Source: Geosiphon pyriformis uo1 (lineage: Eukaryota; Fungi; Glomeromycota). Taken from it: a DNA stretch of 64,000 nt. The translations under genes and the position numbers were made by a program. The stretch is from NCBI GenBank assembly GCA_016748015.1, contig JAAOMT010000769.1, forward strand, positions 4,441 to 68,440. The letters run 5' to 3'. The notes under the pieces were generated by a model. The model was not told the origin of the DNA. It made no database searches and saw nothing but the letters and a program-made list of their open reading frames with translations. The number at the start of each line of letters is the position of its first letter. Within the stretch, counting starts at the first letter, position 1. Shown one piece after another: positions 26,295 to 38,500 of this stretch.

Positions 26295-28061
26295 CTAGAA
26301 TGCCATAGCATTAACTTGTGTAGGGGTTTCCTCTTCATATGCTTGGTTTTCTGAAATAAGCTCAGATTGCTTATGAATTTCATAATCAGAAGCGTCATCA
26401 ATTTCTTGAGTTCCATGAGTTTCTGTATCAGAAACATACTGATCTTCATGACTCTCATTACCAGAAACTGTTTCTTGAACTTCATGAGGGTCGACATCTG
26501 AATTAACGGCCGAAAGATGAGGATTACCGACTTCATGAGAAGCATGAAAATCTTCATCCAAAGCATGCTCATGGAACTCTTCCTCGTGGGCTTCCCCGGG
26601 GTCTACAACAGAATCTTTTTCATGCGAGGTTTGGGAAGTTTTTTCTTCATTTTCCGAGTCTTTACCATGTAAATCATTATCATGAGATGGGTCATCATCG
26701 AATGCTGGTTTTAATGAACCCTCAGACTCGTCATTAGCAGCGATCTTAACTATTGGTTTAGCTTTAGTTTTCGCATCTTTGGCTTGGTCTAAATTTGACT
26801 TCTTAGGCAAGGTCTTGGTCAATGGCGTTGACTTTTTGACCTCGGTTTTGGGTGCTTCTTTTTTAATGGTTGAGGTTTTGGATTGAGTGGGACCAGCTCT
26901 TAAGACGTTGGATGCATGGGTGACTGTCTTGGGCCTTCGCTCACCAGTTAAGCCGACGGTAGGTTTGGTGGCAGATGTTCCTGACTTTGGAGCAGAAACT
27001 TTAGGAACAGGACGCGTTGTACCAGTTTTACTGGTGGGTTTTGGTTTTTCGGCTTCCCCAGCTGAGGATGACTTACTCTTATCAACGAAGGCGCCAGAAG
27101 TTGAAGTTTTAGTTTTATCAGCCGAAGTAGTACGTGAATGAGTCGCAGGACGAGTTGAAGCGGTTGTCTTGTTTAAAGTGGCTGAACTTGTCTTGCTGAC
27201 AGTAGCTGATGAAGTGACAGTTGTTACAGTTTTAGCACTGCTTGGGGACTTAGCGCGAGAAGATATTGAAGGCGTCTTAGTTGAACTTTGTGAGCCTGTG
27301 GAAGAAGTGCTCGATTTTTTGGCATGAGTTGCAGTTACACGATTACCAGAAGTAGCTGAAGAATTGGATGATGACTTTAGGCCAGTCGTTGTGGGCGGTT
27401 TCTTCACAGTTGGGACGGGATTCGGAGGTTTTTTTCCAACTTTCTTAACTTCTACTGCGCTTGATGGCTTGCTGGATTCTTTTACAGGGGCTGCAGAAGG
27501 CTTAAGTTCAGATTCAGCAGCCTCATTAGCTTGTTCATCATTTTCAATTTCGGCCTCGTTGGTTTGTTCTTCAATTTTGATTTCAGTTCTGTTGGATGGC
27601 TCTTCGGGAAGAATGAGTGACTCTTCAGATACCTTTACAATTTCTATATGATCTGCAACAAGGACCTGTTCGGATGTATTAAAGGTGGTTTCACTGTCTT
27701 CACTTGATTCTAGTTTTTTCTCGATTATTTCAGGAAGCTGAATCTCAATTGAAGTAATTTCCAGCTCTGGAGTGAGCTCTTTGTGTGTTGCTCCGTTTCC
27801 ATTTAAATTGTCGAAATTTATAGCAGCAGTGGTATTTTCAACCTCGTGGCCTGAACTCACACTCGTCCTTCTATCAACCCATGCCTGTCCCTCTTTCGTT
27901 ATATTTACCGTTGTGTTCGGTTGGTCAAACTGACCAGGCGCAAGATTTATTTTACCAGGGCTGCGAGGTCTTGGGGCAGGGTGAGTTTGGTCAGTACCGT
28001 CTTCAAAACGGTTTATAAGAGAAGCCACTGGTGCGAGCTTACTATGGTCTGGAATTACCAT
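26295..28061 (-). CDS. 588-aa low-complexity, probably disordered protein (acidic / basic S-T-K-rich / acidic His-rich blocks)
   Basis: Long uninterrupted ORF in GC-richer DNA. A tttttag acceptor lies directly before the ATG, so an upstream exon is possible. Confidence 0.75.
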   Translation of the reverse strand: MVIPDHSKLAPVASLINRFEDGTDQTHPAPRPRSPGKINLAPGQFDQPNTTVNITKEGQAWVDRRTSVSSGHEVENTTAAINFDNLNGNGATHKELTPELEITSIEIQLPEIIEKKLESSEDSETTFNTSEQVLVADHIEIVKVSEESLILPEEPSNRTEIKIEEQTNEAEIENDEQANEAAESELKPSAAPVKESSKPSSAVEVKKVGKKPPNPVPTVKKPPTTTGLKSSSNSSATSGNRVTATHAKKSSTSSTGSQSSTKTPSISSRAKSPSSAKTVTTVTSSATVSKTSSATLNKTTASTRPATHSRTTSADKTKTSTSGAFVDKSKSSSAGEAEKPKPTSKTGTTRPVPKVSAPKSGTSATKPTVGLTGERRPKTVTHASNVLRAGPTQSKTSTIKKEAPKTEVKKSTPLTKTLPKKSNLDQAKDAKTKAKPIVKIAANDESEGSLKPAFDDDPSHDNDLHGKDSENEEKTSQTSHEKDSVVDPGEAHEEEFHEHALDEDFHASHEVGNPHLSAVNSDVDPHEVQETVSGNESHEDQYVSDTETHGTQEIDDASDYEIHKQSELISENQAYEEETPTQVNAMAF

Positions 28062-28603
28062 CTAAAAAAATTAAAAGCGAGCACTTGTTAAAATATTCGT
28101 TCGTTTTCTAGTCACAAGAATTCATAAGTTGTTGTTACGCGTACATTGGTTTTATTGAAAATGTGGTTTTGTTTAAACCCGAGATTGGCCGTTAATAAAA
28201 GAAGTTTTGGGGCGTCAATTTGGTCACTCTCTAAATAAAGCGCAACGTCATTAGGAAGTAATAACAATAATAAAAATTGGTTTTTTTTGCTGACTAGCAA
28301 ATGATTAAGGCAAATCCAATCAAGGAGTTCCATGTGATTGACATAAATGATATCATCATGTGGCATCACCGCCAAGTTCCTTACGGTAGCTGTATATGTA
28401 TCTGCTCCTTAGGATTCTCCCACCCGCCATCGACCTTGAATTGGAAAGGCTTTGCTAAGCTTTATAACTATCACACGCTCCTTCACCAATTCAGCTATTC
28501 GTTTTTATAATTGATACAGTTCTCGTGCCGCACACGTTTTAAGCAGTTTAACGAAGTTATTTTATCTACAGGGGTCTAGAAAAACTCGAGACTTTTTACA
28601 TAG

Positions 28604-30143
28604 ATTTCTGCATTTCGCGGGATGGTTTTCTTTACGATTGTGACGGCTTGCGTAAATCTTTTTAGGTCTATTTTGACAGCGATTCTTTATCCATTCACCT
28701 CACAAGCTGCTATAGCCAACAACCAGTCGCAACGGTTGCGAGCTCAGGAGCCACGCGCCGCGGCAGCTCAGTTTAAAAGAGATTTTGAGGAAAAGTATGG
28801 AACTCTACACCCTGATTTTTTTGAAGGTGGCTACTTACAGGTGCAAAATTTTTACAGTTTTATTTTTTTCTAAAAGGTAATTCATAAAATTAACTTTAAA
28901 TTAGGCTTTAGAACAAGCTAAAAGTGAATTACGGTTTTTGATGGTGATACTGCAAACGGACGAACATGACAACACAGAGAAATTCAATAAGTGAGCGAAG
29001 GAAATACATGGTGGATTTTCATTGGATTGTCTGAGCTATTACTCAATCAACAGAATTACTTTAACAGCGAGACATTAACTTCACAAATCCTAATATCATT
29101 TCTGCGCGAGAATAATGTATTGGTGTGGGCAGGAAATATCAAAGATGCCGAAGCGTATACAGGTATGCAGGAAAATCTTGTCATTATTTTTAAACTCACT
29201 TTTCTTGTAAATCTTGAAAATGCTGACTGGCTCGGTTTTACATAGTGAATAACAAATTAGAGGCTACTACTTATCCTTTTGCAGGTATTATTGTACTCCA
29301 AACACCTCAGTCTGGTACAGGAGTAAGTGGGAAGATGGTACTTGTCGATCGTATCGAAGGTAATCAGGACATATTTTGAGTTTTTATCATTTGGGCAATT
29401 CAACTTCAGTTTCATCTTTGCCCTGAAAAAAAAAAAGGATTTTCAACGCCCGACACACTGATCGCACATCTTACCAATCAAATTAATCTACATGATTCGG
29501 GGCTGCAACTCATTCGAAACGAGCGCACAGAAAGAGATTCTGCTCGGCAGATTCGAGAACAACAAGATTATGCATACCTTGCATCATTGCAGGCTGATCA
29601 AGAAAAAGAAAGGAAAGCGCGTGAAACTGCAGAAGCACAAAGATTAGCAGAAGAGCATGCTCGAAAAAAAGAAGCAGAGTTTAAATCGTTGTCCGAAAAG
29701 AAAGAAATTTGGAGAAGATGGGCTTTAAATCAATTGCCTGATGAACCCATCACAAGTGAAAAGAATATTGCTAGGCTGGTATTCAAACTTCGTAATGGGG
29801 AGAGACTTATACGGAACTTCAGAGGAAACGAATCCGTTGAGGTTGATGCTGTGTGATGAAATGACACATTTTTAAAAATTCAAAAACGTCACTCATTGCA
29901 TTTTTTCAACAGGCCATTTATACTTTTGTCGACACGTATCATCTTCGAACGGAATTGACTTCTACATCCCCCTCATCGCCACCGAATAATTATGTTCATA
30001 CCTTTGATTTCTTGCTTGTTTCTCCATACCCTCGTACCATCCATCACCCAGATAGCCAAAAAACGATTAAAGAAGAGCCAGGACTTTGGCCAAGTGCCCA
30101 GTTGCACGTTGAAGGACTTGTAGAAGAATCAGAGGAAGAGTAA
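28604..30143 (+). CDS. UBX-domain Cdc48/p97 adaptor (FAF2/Ubx2-Ubx3 type: hydrophobic segment, UAS, coiled coil, UBX), multi-exon; 5' end uncertain
   Basis: FEEKYGTLHPDFFEGGY..AL..AK..LRFLMVIL, NNVLVWAGN, LEATTYPF (UAS); RQIREQQD.AY..SLQADQEKER; FKLRNGERLIRNF and FLLVSPYPRT (UBX). GT-AG introns. Confidence 0.88.
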
Positions 30144-32161
30144 AGGTAAATGATTATTGGCCTCCTAAAAACATTTTTCTTTGTGTTGTGGCTTATGAAA
30201 GATAAATTTGACTCCTCGAAGATATAAGGTTTATGATAAATGTTAAACGAGAAATCAAATATCATTATAAGTCAACGTGAAAGTTAATGAAATAAAGTTT
30301 ATCTGTCTTTGCCATATTTCTATAACTGATAAGAATATAAGCGTAAACTTGATTTCTAAAACCAAAGAAAATTTATGCTTAAAATAAAGCGTGAAACGTG
30401 ACTCGGATGATATTATTTTTTCTATTATATATTGGATGATGCTACAAAGTTCTCACCAATTAGATCTTGAAGATAAAAATACATGATACTTTAGTTCGAG
30501 CCAATAAAAAGGACTGCATTGGTCGATCAAGAACATTGTTTATTTTAATTACTCTCAATCATAGATGGCATTAAACAAAACCATCAACATATGTCAATAT
30601 TTAATTAATTTTTATAAAAATAAGACACTTATTTTTACTTATTAATCGATTAAATAAAATTTATTTTAAAATCTTTATGCATTAACATTTTTCAAAAAAT
30701 ATTGGCACTAACATATAAAAAATAAAACTGAATATATTAATTGGTTTATTTTATTACTTTCTCGTTAATTGCATATTGCATGACATATTTTAATATTAAG
30801 CTTTTTTAAAATTATTTTCTAAGGATAAATCTAAAAACATTTATTATAGATTATTTTGCGAATCTTTAAATTGTAATATGAACATTAATTTTAGGAAATT
30901 GAGCAAAAACAAACTCTTGCTAACACACAAAATTCTCAATTAATAATTATTTTTATGTTAATAAAATATTTAGGTTGACTATTTGAATAATTATCTTTTA
31001 AAAGAAACTTACCCAAATAATTTAAATATAACTAAGAATATTTTACCAGCAGTTTTAAGATACATAATTATTTTAATTTCCAAAAATAATCTATGAATAA
31101 ATATTGAAAACGCGCTTATTTTACAATTCATTTTTTTTTAAAACATTCTTTTACTTTATTATAATAATTACACAAACCATCTATTAAAAATGATTTAAAT
31201 AATTGATATTGAAAAGAAAATATTTTTTGCAATGTGTTTAACTATAATTGTTTAACGGAAAAAGTATTTAAATGTCAATAATATTTATAAGAAAATGATT
31301 TGCACGAATTTTAATTTAAATGACATAAATTTATCGATGCCAATGTTTGTGAAAAATGAAAATTCTTAATGGTTAAGGATTTTCTTTCAAGGCTAATTTT
31401 TTTCTGGACATATTAAGCTGTAAGCTTCTTAATTATTAGAATACTCCCCTCTGAATATCACTATACTTAATATGGGTACACAACCTGAAACCATCAAGCT
31501 ACATTTTTCCTAAGTTTAGAATTTTTAGCTTTTCTATTTTCAAGAGAAAAAAAACTTTTGTTTTTATCGGATTATCTATTTGGAGTTTCAACATATTTGC
31601 CGATTAGTTAACCAGTTTCTTTCATTTTAATTATAGCAATTCACCAAATTTATAAAAATCATAAAAATTAAAATAAAATGACATTTGAAAAATATGTATA
31701 GAATTTCTCATTTTATAAAATGAAGTTCGCATTAATTAATGTATACATTTTCTTGAAAGTTTTTGTTTTTTAAATAATAAATAGTTGGTATTAAATAAAT
31801 GCACATTTAATTTACTTACTATATTTAAAAATCTAAATTGGTTTAAAAATAGAAAAATTTATTATAAATTTTTTTAAGTAAAAAATTTCATATTTATTTT
31901 TGGCTAAAAAGTTAGTATAAAAAAACCATTAGAGTTTGGTCAAAATTTTTTAATAATTTAATTTTTTATTTTAATGATTGTATTTATTACAATTAAGATT
32001 TTATATTTTATATTTTAAACCCAAATTAAAAACTTGGATCATTTTAAAAATAATTTCATTAATATGATATATAAATTATTTTAAAATAAAATACAAAAAT
32101 AAAATAATAATTAAAATCTTTGTTATTAAAAAAATGTTTGCAATTATTATAAATGATTAAA

Positions 32162-32406
32162 NNNNNNNNNNNNNNNNNNNNNNNNNNNNNNNNNNNNNNN
32201 NNNNNNNNNNNNNNNNNNNNNNNNNNNNNNNNNNNNNNNNNNNNNNNNNNNNNNNNNNNNNNNNNNNNNNNNNNNNNNNNNNNNNNNNNNNNNNNNNNNN
32301 NNNNNNNNNNNNNNNNNNNNNNNNNNNNNNNNNNNNNNNNNNNNNNNNNNNNNNNNNNNNNNNNNNNNNNNNNNNNNNNNNNNNNNNNNNNNNNNNNNNN
32401 NNNNNN
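32162..32406. other. Assembly gap (N run)
   Basis: Ns. Confidence 1.
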
Positions 32407-33358
32407 AGTTTAGATATTCAAAAACCTTTTGTTTCTCCTTTAAAAGGTATGAAGTATTTTAGAAAGTTAAAATATAAATATGTAAATATAATTTTTTACT
32501 ATTTATTATATTTAGATGATTCTTAATAAATTAAAATTGTACTAAATAAATAATTATGTTGAACTCTATATATTAAATTTGATCTTTTCATAAAGAATTA
32601 TTTTAGATAAAGATTTATTATGTTTTAAAATAATAATTATATTATCTGAAATATTTTAAATACATATTTTTGTTGATTTATCAAATTATTATAAAGATTA
32701 TTCTTGAATTATTCCTAAAAATTGGTATTTTTTACAAATTATATTATGATTTAGATGTGAAAGTTTTATTAATAATTGATAAATTTTTAGTACAAGCTAT
32801 TTCTTTTTTTAAATTTTCTTTATTAGATTAAACTTTTGAGTACTGATTTATCTTAGGTAAATTATAGTTATTTTTTTACCTTTATATTAAGAAATCAATT
32901 AAATAAAAAATAATAAAATTTTTAAGTTTAATATAAAAAAATTTATTACTTTAAAAAACCAAATGGGCATTTTCAATATTTTTTTTTTTTGAAAATATAA
33001 TTTTTCAAAAATGTTACAAAATAACATATTTGCATAAATTGATAAAATAAATTTTATTTACCATTTTAAATTCCAATAAAATATATAATTGACTTACCAT
33101 TATTTATTTATGTTATTTCAACAATTTTATTTATTGACAACTTAAAAAATGTAATATTCAAATTTAATTTATTTTTAATTAAGTACTTGTGTTTTTAAAA
33201 AATAATAAGAAATTTTGAATGATCTGAAAGTTTAGGGAGATAAATTATTCACCAATTAATAGAAATTTATGATTAACTTTAATTTAGGTGATTTGTTAAC
33301 ATAGAGAAACAATATAAATAATATACAAATTCCATCTTTAAGAAATTACTTTCTATAT

Positions 33359-34986
33359 CTATGAAGAACTGTCTAAATATAATAAATAATAAAAGAAATA
33401 AGCATTAAATAAAAGGATAAATTTTATTAATGATTAATGATTAATGATAGATGTAATTTCTTACTTTCAGGCAAGTAAACTAATTCTTTTAAGAAATAAA
33501 GTAGATTAAAGTAAATTATTAATCTATTGTATAATAATTAAATCAATGAATTAATCAATACAAAAAATAGATAAACTAACCTTTTGAAAAATCAACTATT
33601 TGTGCAGTTAAAAGATAATTTGTATAAAATGCTCCTGAATGAATGTTTATCTTTATTGTTGAAGGTTTTGTTATCTCATTGCGTTTCTTGGTTATTTTAA
33701 AGATTTCAATATATTTTGAAAATTTTCTTAAAAATTTTGTTGTCAAGTTGTTTTTTAGAATTTTTTTTACGTATTTATCTAATTTTAAAAACTTGGAATT
33801 TGTGTCACTAAATTCCTTCAACTTCTTGTAAACTTCTATTGCAGTAGGACAATTCTCAAGATTAATATTCTAACATTTTACAATTATTTTAGCAATACAA
33901 GGTGAAATAAGTAAGAAGGTAATTTCAGATCTTTAACTATTTAAAATAGCTATTATAAGAATGGTGTCATAAAAGCAATTATGAAAAGAAGACTTTCCTG
34001 TTGCTAATTCTCATAATAACATTTTATAACTATAAATATTACCAGCTGTTGTAAATTTTTCTCCTCTTAAAACTTCTGATAGAATATATGAAATCACTCT
34101 ATATATTATTTTTTTCTCTGTTGTTGTTGCTTTATTGTTTATAGGTTGACATAATCTGAAGTTTCCAATATCTACCTATTGTTCATTATGTTGTAAGATA
34201 TTGTCCGAGTGTAAGTTATGATAAACCATACTGGAATTATGAATTGAAAAAAGTCCATAAGCTATATAAAATGTGATTATTAATTTATATTTTCAACCTG
34301 TAGAATAGAAATTTGTTGATAAATATTTTCACATGTCTCTATGCTTAGCAAACTCTATCACAATTCTATACTTAAATGTTTCAGGATTTTATATAATCCC
34401 CAATATTAAAAAGATATAACTTAAATATATACTTAACAAATATACCACTTTGAATATTTAACTATTAACACAATATATAAAAGTAAATAAATAAATAAAT
34501 AATAGATAAATATGAATTAATTTTATATATAAATATAAATAATAATATTTTGTTTATCTTTTTAAACAATTCTTCACTGTTTGTTTTTATAATTTTTATT
34601 GCTACTTCTGTGCCTATTTTTTCTTTTTTATATTCCATTTCACCATGATGTTTTATATTCTAAAGATCAAGTAATCTATAAATTAAGGTTGCTTTATAAA
34701 TTATACTAAACCCTTCTTAAGCAATTTTATTAATATTTGACAAATGCTCCTATGAAATTCATTCATAGTAATTGAATACACGATTATTATTATTTGGATT
34801 TTTAATTATCTTATCAACTACTTTATTACCACTTGAAAAGTCTGTATAAAGTTTTTCAAAAAATATAAACCAGCATGCCATACATAAATTATAATCTTTA
34901 TTATTTTTAATACTTCTTTAAAACTATTTACATTTGTTGTAATCATGAACATATGGATAATATTTATTAATTTTTTTGTATTCCAT
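33359..34986 (-). pseudogene. Kinase pseudogene K2, inverted copy of K1, heavily C>T/G>A mutated
   Basis: Reverse complement aligns to 17957-19526 with many stops. It keeps the exon-2 segment deleted in K1. Confidence 0.88.
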
Positions 34987-35505
34987 AATGTGAATAAAGA
35001 ACAATGAATAAAAAAGAATAAAAAGTAAATAAATGATTATTCAAAGAGAGTCTCTTTAAAGATTTATTTAATAATATATTTAGAAAATTATTTGTTTAAA
35101 GATGAGTTCTTATTTATGTTGTTTCTTCTATGTTCTCATAGAAGAAACAAATCAATTTTTTAAACCTTATTTATTATACTAAATAGGTTTAACTATGAAC
35201 AAATTTAAATTGCTATATTATACAAAATACTGAAAAATTTTCCAATTGTCTTATAAGACCCCTATCATAATACTTTGTAAACAAATATGGCTTTAATTAA
35301 ATTAAAAAAAAAAGAAAAAACAGTTTAACTTTTAATAATAATGCTGTTTTGTCAAATTGTGAAAGTGATAATAAATTAAAAAAAATGATTAAAAATATGA
35401 TATTTTTAAAACTTATAGATTCCAATATATATCCTATTTTATGTTTTAAATCTAGGTAACTAAACTTATCTTTTTGTTTAAATCTTATTAATTTGAATAA
35501 TAGGG

Positions 35506-38500
35506 GATAAAAAAAACCTCTTTCTCTCCTTCGTCCAAAATTCCCAAAAAAGAGTCAAAAGTTTTTTCAAAAGAAGTTTTTTACCATTCAGTATGATAAA
35601 TCAAAACTGTTCTTTGATTACGAGACCACTGTTGGCTCTGTTATTGCTGTTATGAAAAAGACTATTAAAGTTTCTGGTTCTGAGAGTGGTTTCAAGGTGG
35701 TTGCATTGAATAAGAAGAAGAAGGAAGGTGTATTGGCAGAGAGTATTGATAATAAAAGGGTTGCTGCTAAAGCTCTTGGTGCTCGTTCATGAAGTTCTAA
35801 AACAGGTAACACTACTGAGTCTGAGAGTATTGACATGGAGGAGGAATGCTTAGTTGAAGAAACCAGTGTTGACTATGGTGAGAGTGGTGCTTTCATGGAA
35901 GAGGATCCTAATCAAATGCCAAAGAGTTTGCATGTAAAAACCAAAAAGGTGTTAGAGAAGCCTCTGGGTGTAATTGATTATGGTACTGTCAATACAGATG
36001 ATGATGTGTTAGATGATTTCTTTCTTCTCTCACCTCCTCTACCTATCAAACTGTCCATGCAAGTGCCTGTTCGAAAATTCTTTGCTTTAAATATTGATCT
36101 TGTGACTGTCATTGGGAAATCTTCTCAGGAAAAATTAAGTTTTATCAGGAAAATTTTTTCAAGTGTGAATGGTTTTGGGAGGGCTTCTACCTCTTCAAAA
36201 TTTGGTAGAATTATTTATGCAACTTTCACTTCAGAAAAGGCAATGATAGCTGCTGAGAAGTTGGCAAATGATTGTGGTATTGTGGTAAACACTAATCTCA
36301 AGCGCCCTGGCAATATTCATACAAATCGGGATATTGTGTTAAAAAAAATTTCTGTGGGAACATTAATAGAGGCTGTGTGCACAGCTGTGTCTGAATTTGG
36401 GATTATTAAGAAGATCAGAATGCAGTTGGTGGAATTGTGGCAGAAAGCAATTGTCGAGATGAAAAATCAAAATCAGGCTGATCTCTTGGTAAACAAATAG
36501 TCTATTCTTATTGAGAAAGATGCAGTTTGTGTGGCCAGAGCTGATGTGGATAAACAAACATGGAATTCTAGAGACAGATTTAGGGCATTGCTTTACACTC
36601 TTCCCGTGGGTACAAATGCTTATAATCTGTGAGATTTTTTGGATTTGGTGGGTGAGAAAACATGCATCATTGATCGCAATCCTGTTGACTACACTTGTGA
36701 CACTGCACTTCTGTGGGTTTTGGGTCTGAGGATGTCTTATTGCAGGCTATAGCTAATATGCCTATTATAAAAGGTGTACATCTCCACTAGTCGTGTTTGT
36801 CTACTGTCTTGTGTTTCTCTTGCAATTCTCTTGGTCATACATCTTTGGTTTGTAAGTTGAATGGTGAGTCTTTAGGTCCTAAGAGCAAGAGAACCCCTCT
36901 CTCGGCTCAGGATCAGTTTAGATTGACAAAGATTTATGAGAAAAAGTCTGCACCCGTTTCCCATCCTATGGCTTTTGGTGGTAAGATTTGGGCTTTGGTA
37001 GTTGGCTCTCCTTCTTCAAACACATCTTGTGGATATGATTCCCAACTTGGTTCTATTGGTATTGGTAAACCTCTCCCTCCTGTGGTGAATAATTTGGAAA
37101 AACAGTTGGTTACTATTAAAAACAGTCTTGTCAGCTTCACAGAACAAATTGGTAAGTTGGCTAAGAAGTTGGATTCATTCACGCTGGCAGTTTCCCAGCC
37201 TAGCCCTGGATGTCAGCTGCCAGTAATCTTCCCATCACAGGATCAGGTGGGTGATATAATAATGAGAGAGAGCTCGGGTGAAGCCACTTATGGCAAAACT
37301 GCTATGCTTGTGGATCTGTCTGTGTCCTCCCAAGTAATCAAGCTAGAAACTATGTTGGAGGGTCTTTCAGCCTCTGTTCTAAGCTTGTCTGCTCACTTTG
37401 ATGGTTTGGTTCTGGCTGACAGTGTGCTTCCTTAACTCTCTTCTCAATGACCAATCTTTATCTGGAAAATTGCCATGTGTAACATTAGAGATATGAACAA
37501 TCCTGCCAAACAGAACGATATTGTTTAATAACACAAAGATATGAACAATTTGATTTTGATTTTTATGGAGATGAAGTTGAGAAATAAGACTTATCTGTGG
37601 TTGGCTAACAAGTTTGACGGTGTTCACATGTTCTCTTCTGGTTTGAATTCTGGCTATGTTGGTGCTGGCATCACAATTGTGTTGAACAGTTCTTTGGTTA
37701 AGCATGTTTGTAAGGTTTCTAAGGTTCCGGTTTGACTTCTGTGTATCAGACTTCTTTTCAGAAACAAACTCTCAGTTTCTATTTTGGGGCTTTACACTAG
37801 TGTCTCGTCAGCTGTTTGATTTTTTCAGGCTGGCGAGATTAATTTTTTAATTGCAAAGGCTGTTAATGAATCTTCTTTTGTTGTTCTTGGTGGTGATTTC
37901 AACAAGAATGGTTCTCATAGATGTGCCAGCTTCAGAAAATGTTTTGAGTTGGGCCTGGTCAACTTTCTGTGTAGAAGCTCATTTGTGAAGACACTGACTT
38001 GGTGCAACTCTTGTGGTGTCAATAAAACAATTGATTATGTTTTTATCTCTTTTAATTTGGTTGGTGTGGTGGTGGATTGCAGTATAGCTAGTGTTGAGGA
38101 CTTTTTCAACACTAATCACAGGGCTGTTTCTGTTTTTGTGGGCTTGAATGGCCTGCTTGATGTCTGGTTAAATTTAAAACGCAAGCAAGCAAATAAGGAT
38201 CATTGGAAGTATGATATCAAAAATGTCAATGAGTTTAAGTGGTCTGAATTTGGAGAGGCCACAGCTGTTAACACTTGTATATTCTCAGATGCTTTTGTTG
38301 TGGCTAAGTGGTATTTGGATTTGGATGCAATGTGAAATATTGTTCACAAAGTTTTGGTTCTTTTGGCTGATGGAACTTTCAGAAGAAAATGATTTAAGTG
38401 CTTTGATAGTGTTTTTAATAAAGTGTCTTCCAGATTTCATAAACTGGAGCTACTTGTGTCTAAACTGGTTAAAGCTTCTCATCTAGTTTCTGGTGAAGAC

